NCBI GenBank assembly: GCA_026770705.1
Contig: JANJGN010000011.1
Coordinates: 21,142,001-21,206,000, forward strand
Source of the DNA: Isurus oxyrinchus
Lineage: Eukaryota
Reading direction: 5' to 3'
DNA length: 64,000 nucleotides
Made by a program: the position numbers and the translations under genes. A model generated the notes under the pieces. The model had not been told where the DNA came from and made no database searches. It saw only the letters and a list, made by a program, of their open reading frames with translations. Positions within the stretch are counted from its first letter, which is position 1; each line of letters opens with the position of its first letter. Below are positions 25,558-37,279 of this stretch, one piece after another.

Positions 25558-26533
25558 GTAAAAATAAAAACTTTTTTTCCCACACTTTTTGCTCTGCTAA
25601 ATTAACTCCTATGTTGTCAAGACTAGAGTTTTAAGGTTAGCTTTTTTCAGGCTTCCTAGTAGCCTTTCTGCATTAACATAGGAAAAATTAGCCAGGTTTC
25701 TTTAAAAGTTTTTTTTCCTTGTGTTATTTTTTTCTTCCCCAACCTCAATGGAAGGGTAATGGCACTAGGCCATAATGCTCATTTGGAGAGCCGGTGCTGA
25801 CATGATAGGCCAAATGGTGGCCTCCTGTGCTGTTAAAATTTTGTGATTCATACCTCTCATTCCCTGGTTAAGTAGATTTCCTTGCTCTCCCCCATGCCTT
25901 TGTTAAAACTGTTTTCTGCCCATTTCTCCATTGTGGCTGGTCATTGCTCCAGAGTTTTGTTAGTGTTTTTACATTATAAGCCTGTTTTTGTTAAGATTTT
26001 CTTTGCTTCCTGTGCAAAATTATTTGACCTGAAATATGCACTTTTCCCCCGATGACAACTGAATATAGGAGCTAGCGTTAGAGACTTAGAAATTGTTTTT
26101 AAATTATAACATGCATTATGTTTAGATTGTTGTACTAAGTATGTATTTACACTGCAACTGCAGAGCACTTTTGCTTGCTACCAACGTTGCATTAGCAGTG
26201 CTAATGCAGCTTAAATTTAAAGTCATCATTCAAACTGACAGCAGAGTGAGTCAGGTTCAGCCTTGACACCAAATGTGCACTCCAGGTTTAGTGTGTGTAT
26301 GTGTGAAGCTGAAACTTCTTTACAGCACTAATAAACTGAGTATGAATGTACCATCAGATTCTGCTGTATAGTGCTTAGTATCTGAAGCATACATGGAATC
26401 AGTTTTGTGATTTAAAAAAAAAATCAGAAATTACATATATTGCTTAAAAGTATTAATATGCTTAAGGTTTTCACAAGACTTGCACTAATAAGAATGTTCA
26501 CTTTCTTTTTTTGAAAAAAAAACAAATATTCAG

Positions 26534-26711
26534 GAATTGTGATAAACCAAGGCTGATTGAGGCATTAAAAACCAAGCGTATTCGAGATATTGCTTGTGGG
26601 AGTTCTCATAGTGCCGCCATTACTTCCAGTGGTGAACTGTACTCCTGGGGCCTTGGCGAGTATGGCAGACTTGGACATGGAGACAACACAACACAGTTGA
26701 GGCCAAAATTG
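26534..26711 (+). CDS. HERC2: HERC2 exon, RLD2
   Basis: attcag|G AAT; [59 protein letters not shown]; donor TTG|gtactt. Confidence 0.95.
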
Positions 26712-26794
26712 GTACTTGCACTAGTTTGCAAATTACATAGCTAATGATTCTTTCTAGTTTGCTTTCAGGAAGCTAAGGCATATGATTACTGTTA

Positions 26795-27170
26795 CTTTTT
26801 TTATATTCATTCACATGATGTGGGCATCATGTCCATCCCCAATTGCCCTTGAAGGTGGTGATGAGCTGCTGCCTTGAACCACTGTTGGCACCACTGTTAG
26901 AACTGAGTGGCAGTTAAGAGTTGACAACATTGCTGTTGGTCTGGAGTCATATGTAGGTCAGACCAAGTTAGGACAGCAGATTACCTTCCTTAAAGGACAT
27001 CATTGAACCAGATGGGTTTTTACAACAGTCAGCAATACTTTTATGATCACCATTACTGAAACTAGCTTTTAATTCTAGATTTATTAACTGAATTTAAATT
27101 TCACCAGCCACCTTGGTGGGATTTGAACCCATGTCCCAAGAGCATTAGACTAGATTATGGCCACTGTTTG
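26795..27170 (-). mobile_element. tRNA-derived SINE with LINE-B-like tail
   Basis: B-box GGGTTCAAATCCCACC on - strand (~27115-27130); left end matches the family-B tail (attcattca...atgtgggcatc). Confidence 0.55.
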
Positions 27171-27396
27171 AGTTAACTGAAAACATGCTTCTCCAAGTTA
27201 GAACAGAATTCAAATGAGTGATCAACACCTGATCCATCTGTTTTCCCCACAGTGGCTAGCTAACTTACTGAATATTTTTGCCATTTTCTATTTTGGTAAC
27301 ATTTTATTTTGTTCAAAGTAGCTGCAATAGTCTTATTTTGTGACCATAATACTGCTTTAAGATTGATCTTAAAAATGTATCATTTTCACTTTGTAG

Positions 27397-27478
27397 GTGA
27401 AAGTTCTCCTGGGGCATAGAGTCATCCAGGTAGCATGTGGAAGTCGAGATGCGCAGACACTAGCACTAACTGATGAAG
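27397..27478 (+). CDS. HERC2: HERC2 exon, RLD2
   Basis: ttgtag|GTG; [27 protein letters not shown]; donor AAG|gtaggg. Confidence 0.95.
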
Positions 27479-27560
27479 GTAGGGAAGACTTTGCTATTTA
27501 TAGCTACAAAATCTTCCATTGCCTGCAGTGCACCTAGTGTAATTGTATATTCTTCTGCAG

Positions 27561-27732
27561 GACTGGTATTTTCGTGGGGAGATGGTGACTTTGGAAAGCT
27601 GGGACGTGGAGGAAGTGAAGGTTGCAATGTTCCACAAAACATTGAAAGACTCAATGGCCAAGGGGTTTGCCAGATTGAGTGTGGTGCCCAGTTCTCTTTG
27701 GCGCTCACAAAACCTGGTGTGGTATGGACCTG
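27561..27732 (+). CDS. HERC2: HERC2 exon, RLD2
   Basis: ctgcag|GA CTG; [57 protein letters not shown](W); donor CTG|gtaagt. Confidence 0.96.
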
Positions 27733-28199
27733 GTAAGTCTGTTTAAAAAAAAATTGTAGGGCAAATATTTGATTGTCGCATTAAGTAGACACATTGACCC
27801 AGATCCTCTGATGCTGCTATTGAGTGACCAGGACTTCACAAGAAGTCCTGATGTGCGCAACGGCACAGACTCAAGTGGGAATTTTAAACAGTGATACACT
27901 GCTCTGAGCCTTCTATGGAGACCTCCCAATGTTTTCAAGGGATTTGGCCCTCTCATCGTAGACTTTGGCTAGATGCTTTGCACTTGGACGGAAATTTGCT
28001 CCAGGATGTTTAGTCCTGTAAATCACAGGCGCGAGACCTGGGTGGGAAGGGATTTACATTAGAAGCTGAATTGGGAAGGTTTTTTTCCTCATTCAAGCAG
28101 TCGAAAGTCAATTTGCTGAACGTCCTCCAGGAGAGGATTGCATGGTCATACTATTAATGCAATTAAATTTGTTCCATTTTTAACTTTCCTTGTGCACAG

Positions 28200-28344
28200 G
28201 GGTAAAGGTGACTACTTCAGACTTGGCCATGGTACTGATGTTCATGTTCGGAAGCCACAGGTTGTGGAAGGTCTCCGTGGAAAAAAGATTATTCATGTGG
28301 CTGTAGGTGCATTGCACTGTCTTGCTGTCTCTGATACAGGGCAA
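28200..28344 (+). CDS. HERC2: HERC2 exon, RLD2
   Basis: gcacag|G GGT; [48 protein letters not shown]; donor CAA|gtaagt. Confidence 0.96.
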
Positions 28345-28800
28345 GTAAGTGACTAAATTTGTTTAATAAGTGGGTATTTGATACAGACATAGTTCAGACT
28401 GTGCAAGACATAGGGAAAAAAATTACTTTTGTTTCTTACAAACAAGAATCTTGTAGAAATTATCTAATCTCTTCAATTTATTAAATCATAAATTTTAAGG
28501 TGACCTGTTAATTTTCTTGTAATTATTAGTTGCCATTTTTACAAGTCACAAAATGGAAGTTGGAACTCATTTCATAAAATATTGCAGCATATTTATTTAT
28601 TCCGATGCTTTCATAATCAGCTCTGCTAATGTACATGTTAATGCGTTCATGATGGATAACACAAAAGAGTTTGTCTTTTGAGAGTGTTTTTCTGTGCACC
28701 ATAATATAGAACAGTGCGCTTCATAATGTGTCAAATGTGACATTCCAAATCCTTCACTTTAAAACCAATCTTTTTTTCCCCTCTAATATGACATTTCTAG

Positions 28801-29026
28801 GTTTATGCTTGGGGCGATAATGACCATGGCCAGCAAGGAAATGGAACTACAACAGTAAATAGGAAACCTACCCTTGTACAGGGTCTAGAAGGACAGAAAA
28901 TCACCCGTGTTGCCTGTGGTTCTTCACACAGTGTAGCATGGACAACCGTGGATGTGGCAACACCTTCTGTGCATGAACCAGTCTTATTCCAAACTGCTAG
29001 GGATCCTTTGGGCGCTTCATACTTGG
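28801..29026 (+). CDS. HERC2: HERC2 exon, end of RLD2
   Basis: ttctag|GTT; [75 protein letters not shown]; donor TGG|gtaact. Confidence 0.96.
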
Positions 29027-29538
29027 GTAACTTTATTAATTGTGACTTGATAACCATTTAATTGGTATATTTGTCAAAGATTTTGAATGCCAATACTCCT
29101 GTAAATTTAATCAGCAAAGTGGTGTATATACTCAAAAGTATAGTGTTTAGAGTTTGTATGTTTCTGTGCCTGCACTTATAATCTGAAATAACTTAGCATT
29201 GCTATTATTATAGATAAACCTGTATTTGCCTATTTATATTTTGCAAAGCTGCACCCAAATGTGATACCTACTTTAAATGATGTTCCCAATTCTCATTTCT
29301 GTTCATTCAACCTCTGACAAAGTGTTTAGGTAATGAGCTGTTCCACCTCATGCATGTGACATAAATGTCGGACTGTTTGCAATTTGGTCAATGTCATAAA
29401 CATAATTTCATGTTTTATTTAAGAATTGTGTTCTTTAAAAAGCATTTTATTCATTGCTTGTGATCTTGAATTGTTTAAAATGCCTCCTCTTATTCATGTA
29501 CATGAAGAATTTTAGTTTTGAAGAACATACTGTCACTT

Positions 29539-29586
29539 GTAATTCCATTTACTTATTTCTTGGTAATTCCATTCACTTATTTCTTA
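29539..29586 (+). repeat. 24-bp tandem duplication in the polypyrimidine tract
   Basis: GTAATTCCATTTACTTATTTCTTG / GTAATTCCATTCACTTATTTCTTA, 4 nt before the exon at 29591. Confidence 0.9.
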
Positions 29587-29590
29587 ATAG

Positions 29591-29762
29591 GTGTTCAGTC
29601 AGACCTGGACTCCACCACCATCAGCAACAAAATTAGTGGCTCAAGTAATTCAAAACCCAATCGCCCCTCCCTGGCGAAGATTCTACTTTCTTTGGATGGG
29701 AACCACGCCAAGCAGCAGGCATTGTCCCATGTGCTGACGGCTCTCCAGATCATGTATTCTAG
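29591..29762 (+). CDS. HERC2: HERC2 exon
   Basis: taatag|GT GTT; GVQSDLDSTTISNKISGSSNSKPNRPSLAKILLSLDGNHAKQQALSHVLTALQIMYS(R); donor TAG|gtaaga. Confidence 0.95.
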
Positions 29763-31506
29763 GTAAGAGCTCACAACTGAATGCTATTGCTCAATTAATT
29801 TATTTCTGGGCCTTAAATAAATTACTAGAGATTGCTGGTCATGCAGCTAAGTAAAAGGCTTAGTTTTATATATACATGATAGTGAGGTCTACAATCTGGC
29901 AACCTTTGTATCCTAATTTCTGATAATCAACTCAGTGACCCAAATGAAAATACACTGGTTGTTGCTCAAAAAGATTTGTTTTAGTGTGTAGCAATAGAGA
30001 TAGTGAACAGAACTCAGTGATTGTATCACTGGCCCCAGACAAGCAGAAGTGTAATGATCTCATTGGCCCTTGGGCTTCCTGGATGTCAGTAGGAAAATTT
30101 ATGTTGAAGAGTGTTGTTACTGCCATAGTAACTCATAACCTTAGTTATTGGACTGTTGTCAGTAAATCTCTGGTATATGCCCTCTTGAACAGATGATGTA
30201 TGCATGTTAAATATTTCTGGTCATTTGTTGGATAAGTGAAGGGTTGAATTCATTTTAACAGCGAATGCACTGCAATGACATGTCCTCTAGCAGAAATCTC
30301 TGGCTAAAACATTGAGTTCTTGACAGCATATTTCCAACAGTGTAATAACTGATAAAACTTTCCATTGTGAGTAACACAGCAAGTCTGTCAGCACCTGAAA
30401 ACAAAAGATGGGATCTGTGTTAGGTGTGGCACTTAATAGAATAGTCAATAAAGACATCTACCTGAATTATTCACTTTCCTTTCTCTTTTATGGAGCCACC
30501 AACAACATTCTCTGTGTCTGCAGCCATGGTGCATTCTCTTTTTTTTTGCTCTCCTCAACCTCTCTGCAACATTCGTCATGGTCAGGCACTCCACCTTACT
30601 ACCCTTTATTGATTCTACTCCTTCTTGTTCCAACGTAGCTCTGGCTTTTCATCCTGCCAACATAGTCATGCTGGGAGTATACCAAGGTTGCATTCTAGGT
30701 GCTTTCTCTTGTTCAAAGATGCTCTCCTCCTCTCCAGTTTGCAGGCTTATTGTGAACATGCATGGCATTGATTTCCTGTTTGTCACTGTACTGAGCTATA
30801 AACTCCATATCAAGTTGCTCACCAAGATTTCTTTGTGGACCTTTGAAAAATTGCCCACCTCACCCTAACCGCATCCTTGCTGCCGCTGATAACCTTATTC
30901 AGACTTTTGAGACTTCCACCCTCAAATTCTCCAATGGCCTCCTTGAAAACCTCCCACATTTGACCCTACATATATTCCAATTCACCCAAAACTGCTGTCC
31001 TTAACCTATCTCCACTAAGTTGCACTCACCCAGCACCACTGTCTTCACCCATCTCAACTTGCTTGCCATCCTCCTCAAAATCCTGGTGCTTGTTTACAAA
31101 TCCCACAGCAGCCTTGTCCCACCCTATCTCTGAAAGCTCCTGAAACCCTGTGTACAACGCCATGTTCTTTATTCCTTCAGTTCTAACCTCCTGTACATCA
31201 TCTCGCCTCTCTGTTCCAAGAAAAGTATCTGAGCATTTATCCATCTTGATGTTTAACTTGCTTCTCTTTTGCAGCAGTTATCTTCTTTCAATTTTTCAAC
31301 ATTAATGGCTTCCCTTCATTTGTTAGAATAATTGGATGGGATTTTCTGCTCACATATTTGACAGATTTGTGACCTTCTATTCCTCTGTTATAATAGGTGG
31401 AAAAGTAAATGTTAGGAAGCCCTGACGTATTAAACCGCAGTCATGCTTTTATTGATTTAAGTTTCCCTTTTTATGAGGACTTTTTGATCAACTTTTGTTC
31501 CTGTAG

Positions 31507-31693
31507 AGATGCTTTGGTAGGAGCTTTGATGCCAGCCAGTATGATTGCACCTGTGGAATGCACATCATCATCTCCAGTACCACCAGCAGACACGTCTGCA
31601 GCCACAAGCCCAGCTGGTGAGGATGCTTCGGAAGTGGCAAGTGACAGGGAAGAGAGAATGAGTCCAAACCCTTGGCAGGACAGAAAAGGGGAG
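31507..31693 (+). CDS. HERC2: HERC2 exon, low-complexity linker
   Basis: ctgtag|A GAT; DALVGALMPASMIAPVECTSSSPVPPADTSAATSPAGEDASEVASDREERMSPNPWQDRKGE; donor GAG|gtgaga. Confidence 0.94.
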
Positions 31694-32269
31694 GTGAGAA
31701 TACAAATGCAAGCCTTGGATGGTTGTTTATCACTAGATAATATCCTCTAAATTAACACTTAAAAACACATATGTGTAGAGTAAAACATTTGGGATCCTGG
31801 GTGAGTCCAAAAGTAAAAGAGAACCTCATTTAATACTGGGCCATCGTTCAAAATGATATGAAGGGCATTAGTTGCACTTTTGCTGGTGTCAGTCGATTAG
31901 CCCTTTGTTGGCTTTCCCTCCCCACCCAAGCTTGCTCTTTGGATATTTCACACAATTTAAGCCATGCAATTTCTAGTGTATACATTAGTTGCTTCCAGGA
32001 AAGCAGAAAATACCAGCTGACCACCTTTATCTAAAGAATAGGACATTACAAAACCAAAGGGCTTGGACTAATAAGTTAGTGAATGTCAGACAAAATGGAC
32101 ATATCAGCTTGAACAAGACAGTCCTTAAAAATTTGTCTCCTCTACTTGTATGTCCTACACTCTACTATTAAATACAGTGGGCTGCTAAGATTTGGCAATT
32201 TTAATATTTTTCTGAGACTTTCAAGAACTTTCTCAGAGCTCTAAAAGATGTTTTTTTTTTATCTTGAAG

Positions 32270-32413
32270 GTTGCACCGTCAGAAGAAGCTGTAACGCCAT
32301 CGTCTGCAGTAACACCCTCTACCTCAGCCACCTCTGCTCGTCCTTTCATTCCTGTAACTGATGACCCCAGGGCTGCCAGTATCATAGCAGAGACTATGAC
32401 CAAAACAAAGGAG
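32270..32413 (+). CDS. HERC2: HERC2 exon
   Basis: ttgaag|GTT; VAPSEEAVTPSSAVTPSTSATSARPFIPVTDDPRAASIIAETMTKTKE; donor GAG|gtaatc. Confidence 0.94.
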
Positions 32414-32703
32414 GTAATCATTACAGCAGCAATATAACTGAAATGATTTACTAAGGCCTGCTGAAGCATGATGGCGTGTCATGTTGATTATGCCAAAAGT
32501 TTAAAGAGCAGTATTGACAAATGAATGGTTTGAATTAGAATCAATTTTTTCACATGTTCAGTGGGAAATGACTGCTCTGATATTTTTCTCTAGAGTATAA
32601 ATGATGGTTTCTGTGATCCCTTTCTTATTCAAAAGCCAGGTCTATATTGTAGCATGGGTCCCATTGTAGCCAGTGGCCAGGAGAAGTTAAAATTGTCAGA
32701 TTT

Positions 32704-32792
32704 TATGATTGCACCTGTGGAATGCACATCATCATCTCCTGTACCACCAGCAGACACATCTGCAGCCACAAGCCCAGCTCGTGAGGATGCTT
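32704..32792 (+). repeat. Intronic 89-bp copy of HERC2 exon interior (source 31540-31628)
   Basis: Same length and orientation as the source, 3 mismatches. Confidence 0.95.
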
Positions 32793-33081
32793 TGAGTGGA
32801 TCTTGTTGCCTGTTTCTCAGGCTGTGCTAGAGTAAGGCCAAGGAACGTGCATGACAGCTCTTGAATAGAGCAATGGAGTGCAATTGAAATATTAACCTTT
32901 GTTCGTACTTTGCACTGTGCATTAAAGCATATCTGTAAAATGGAGGATGCACAATGTAAATTTGAAAGTCAAATAAATAGATATTTTAAACATTTTGTCT
33001 TTCATATTTTAAAGAAAAGTGCGCAATTTTCATTTTATTCAACCTTTGAGTTAAGGTCATGTTTTCCTTTTACTTCAAAAG

Positions 33082-33273
33082 GATTCAGAGAACCAGACAA
33101 AGGTGTCAGGACCAGAACCTCAGCACCTAGATGAATTCACAAGCCTGCTTGTACCAGATGACACTCGTGTAATGGTTGATTTGTTGAAGTTGGCTGTGTC
33201 AAACCGTGCTGGTGAGAAAGGCAAAGATGTCCTGTCAGCTGTGCTGTCAGCCATGGGCACTGCCTACCCACAG
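33082..33273 (+). CDS. HERC2: HERC2 exon
   Basis: caaaag|GAT; DSENQTKVSGPEPQHLDEFTSLLVPDDTRVMVDLLKLAVSNRAGEKGKDVLSAVLSAMGTAYPQ; donor CAG|gtaagt. Confidence 0.94.
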
Positions 33274-34114
33274 GTAAGTACAAATGCTTCAACACCATCA
33301 AACAAAGTCGTGGTTCAATAACCTAGTAGGCAATGTGTTTTTTTTTTCCCAACGTGACCCTTCAAATTGCCGTGAGAGTTCACAATGCTGTTTTAATGGA
33401 GGCATTAGTTTCTTTAAAATAAGTGGGTGAAAGCCTTTTTTAAAATACCTAACAATGTAAAGACCCAGATATGTTAAGCACTTGTACATATAACACCCAG
33501 TAATTTCAAATCGATTAAGAAGTGCCAAATTCACCACTTGACCTGTCCAAACTTCTTAGGTGAAGGATAGGAGACAGAACTGAGTTTTTTTTTATTGAAT
33601 CAAAGATGGGTTATGTCTCTCAAATTCTGCTCTAGATTTTTAGCTGATTCTTGTACCTTTTCTATTCTCTCCTGAAACCAACTCATGGCACAGTTCTGTG
33701 AGTGACAGCTGTCTGACCAGCACTCTGCCCAGTGGCCATTCTAAACATCTGCAAGCCCCTTTCCTTGATTGAGTATTGACTAGGGATTGAGAATTTATCT
33801 AATGATCTGTACTGATGAGGAGTGATGGAATTGATGATCAATGACTCTTTATTTCATTCTGACTTTGGCATATAATAAAGATGTTGCTAAATCAAAATAG
33901 TGATTTCAACAAATTTGTGTTAGAAACGATTTATGAATGAATTTCTGATGTCTAAAATTTCATGTACAGCATTGGCTGACACTAATGATAACATGTAATG
34001 ATTGCACATCTAAGTTACATCAGTAAATTGAGGATAAGTTAAAGATTAAAAATTGCAAATTTAATCAGTCACGTCTACTGTAGCTTTGGCAGAATTGGCA
34101 CTATCTATTATCAA

Positions 34115-35709
34115 AAACAAAAACAGAATTACCTGGAAAAACTCAGCAGGTCTGGCAGCATCGGCGGAGAAGAAAAGAGTTGACGTTTCGACTCCTCATG
34201 ACCCTTCGACAGAACTTGAGTTCGAGTCCAAGAAAGAGTTGAAATATAAGCCGGTTTAAGGTGTGTGTGTGGGGGGCGGAGAGATATAGAGAGAGAGAGG
34301 TGGGGGGGTGCAGGGGGGTGTGTGGTTGTATGGACAAACAAGCAGTGATAGAAGCAGATCATCAAAAGATGTCAACGACAATGGTACAATAGAACACATA
34401 GGTGTTAAAGTTGGTGATATTATCTAAACGAATGTGCTAATTAAGAATGGATGGTAGGGCACTCAAGGTATAGCTCTAGTGGGGGTGTTTTTTTATATAA
34501 TGGAAATAGGTGGGAAAAGGAAAATCTTTATAATTTATTGGAAAAAAAGGAAGGGGGAAACAGAAAGGGGGTGGGGATGGGGGAGGCAGCTCACGACCTA
34601 AAGTTGTTGAATTCAATATTCAGTCTGGAAGGCTGTAAGGTGCCTAGTCGGAAGATGAAGTGTTGTTCCTCCAGTTTGCGTTGGGCTTCACTGGAACAAT
34701 GCAGCAAGCCAAGGATAGACATGTGGGCAAGAGAGCAGGGTGGAGTGTTAAAATGGCAAGCGACAGGGAGTTTGGGTCATTCTTGCGGACAGACCGCAGG
34801 TGTTCTGCAAAGCGGTCGCCCAGTTTACGTTTGGTCTCTCCAATGTAGAGGAGACCACATTGGGAGCAACGAATGCAGTAGACTAAGTTGGAGGAAATGC
34901 AAGTGAAATGCTGCTTCAATGTGGTCTCCTCTACATTGGAGAGACCAAACGTAAACTGGGCGACCGCTTTGCAGAACACCTGCGGTCTGTCCGCAAGAAT
35001 GACCCAAACCTCCCTGTTGCTTGCCATTTTAACACTCCACCCTGCTCTCTTGCCCACATGTCTGTCCTTGGCTTGCTGCATTGTTCCAGTGAAGCCCAAT
35101 GCAAACTGGAGGAACAACACCTCATCTTCCGACTAGGCACCTTACAGCCTTCCGGACTGAATATTGAATTCAACAACTTTAGGTCGTGAGCTCCCTCCCC
35201 CATCCCCACCCCCTTTCTGTTTCCCCCTTCCTTTTTTTTCCAATAAATTATAAAGATTTTCCTTTTCCCACCCATTTCCATTATATAAAAAAAACACCCC
35301 CACTAGAGCTATACCTTGAGTGCCCTACCATCCATTCTTAATTAGCACATTCGTTTAGATAATATCACCAACTTTAACACCTATGTGTTCTATTGTACCA
35401 TTGTCGTTGACATCTTTTGATGATCTGCTTCTATCACTGCTTGTTTGTCCATACAACCACACACCCCCCCGCCCCCCCACCTCTCTCTCTCTCTATCTCT
35501 CCGCCCCCCACACACACACCTTAAACCAGCTTATATTTCAACTCTTTCTTGGACTCGAAATCAAGTTCTGTCGAAGGGTCATGAGGACTCGAAACGTCAA
35601 CTCTTTTCTTCTCCGCCGATGCTGCCAGACCTGCTGAGTTTTTCCAGGTAATTCTGTTTTTGTTTTGGATTTCCAGCATCTGCAGTTTTTTTGTTTTTAT
35701 CTCTGTGTT
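34115..35709. mobile_element. Penelope-like element, palindromic fold-back insertion (GIY-YIG end plus tail on both arms)
   Basis: 15-bp TSD ACTATCTATTATCAA at 34100-34114 and 35710-35724; inverted arm 34115-34918, forward arm 34917-35709 (GLLYIGETKRKLGDRFAEH...GLNIEFNNFRS). Confidence 0.93.
35564..35602 (+). ncRNA. Minimal type-I hammerhead ribozyme-like motif (CUGUCGA core, palindromic ACGU stem III, GUC site)
   Basis: AGTT CTGTCGA A GGGTC atgag GACTC GAAACGTC AACT; mirror copy on - strand at 34178-34216. Confidence 0.65.
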
Positions 35710-36099
35710 ACTATCTATTATCAATGTGCTTGTATTATAGTTCTTCATATAAAGTTCAATGTGTTGTAATCATGAGCATGAATCTCTATCTTTCTTTACT
35801 ATCTTGTTTATTGGAACCTTTAAAATATTTTATTTGATTTTGTCTTTTGATTTACTAAACCTTCAAAAGGCAAACATTTGAAGTATTTCATTTTGTTAAC
35901 CTAAATTATGCCAGTGAAAATAAGAATGTATATTATAAAATAAAATGCTTTGACAGTGTTTCAGTAACTATAATTATTATATTAAGGCCATTGTTACCAT
36001 TCATGACTTTTGTTCCCTAATGGATTTTTTTCACTTATTACAAGCTTTATTATTGGTCTATGTCCTTTACTTTTTCCCCTTTTGATTTCCACTCTGCAG

Positions 36100-36253
36100 G
36101 TGGCTGACATGTTGTTGGAGCTGTGTGTGACTGAGTTAGAAGATGTGGCCTCAGATTCTCAGAGTGGGCGCCATTCTCCTCAGCCAGTGATAGTGGAAAG
36201 CAGTCACCCGTACACTGATGACACATCTACCAGTGGGACAGTGAAAATACCAG
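36100..36253 (+). CDS. HERC2: HERC2 exon
   Basis: ctgcag|GTG; VADMLLELCVTELEDVASDSQSGRHSPQPVIVESSHPYTDDTSTSGTVKIP; donor CAG|gtatct. Confidence 0.96.
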
Positions 36254-37279
36254 GTATCTACCTCATGGAAGTATGTTGGGTCAGAAGTCAATGATTCAAT
36301 ATGCTCGGTCATAAATATCCCTGGCACCTTTCTGTACTTGGAATTGCTACGAAAATGTAGTTAACGAGATTATGTTTTGGAATTGCTTTAATTTAGGTAA
36401 ATGGAGGAATGAAGGATGTCATGTGACCTGTTCTATATTCTGCCTGACCATAGGCCTGGCTGGTATGGCTGCTAAAGATTAAAGGAGGGCCAAGATTGTT
36501 TTACAGGGAAGGAATTGAAAAGGGTTCACGCTTGTAGGCAAAGGCAGAAGCATCTGTACTGGCAGTGGTTAGACTGTTAGTCACTAAAATCCCAGGAATG
36601 TCAAGTTTTGTTAACAGTTGAAATTAAACAGACAGTTAAAGTATAAGATAGAATAGAGTTGTTGTTTGATGGAGAGCTCAATAATGTTATAGCTAAATAG
36701 ATGAGCTTTGAGGTGTGAAGGTTGCAGAGGAGGACATTGGAGGATGAGATCACAAGGTTCTCCTAAAAGATATCCCGGAATTTCACAGACCAGTCAATTC
36801 TCCAGGATCCATGAGAGATAGAGAGGGAGCAGATAGAGGCAACAAATCTCTATGGTTCACCATGTAGGAATAGGGCGGGGCTCAAGCTTAGATTGAAAAG
36901 ACCAAATTCGTGAGGATTTAAAACCAGGCTGGAAAATTTTCCTATCTTGAGGTAGAGAGAGAATCTCCAGGTAAATCCTCATTGTGAAGGACAGTTTTGG
37001 GGTAAAAAGTTACCAGCTGGGAAAGGAAAAGAATGGAAGTAAACCTCGGGAGCTAAGAATCATCTTGGACTGGTCCTGGGAAAATCCTATGTCTGCTTGG
37101 GGGACGATGTAAAGTCTCACCAAAGAGTGGGATTTTCAGTTGTGTTAAATGTAAAGGGTTAAAATCCTATTTAGTGGTTTAAAGTATAAGTTGCCTACTG
37201 AAATAATGTTTAGTTAATAGTGCTTTTAGCTTGTTTGTTGCAGTCTTTTTTTCTCAGGGCTGTTTTGAATGTTTCATAG

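Noticed and set aside
27110-27170. tRNA-like B-box on the - strand
   Set aside because: No cloverleaf, and it is attached to a repeat body and LINE-like tail, so it is a SINE head rather than a tRNA gene.
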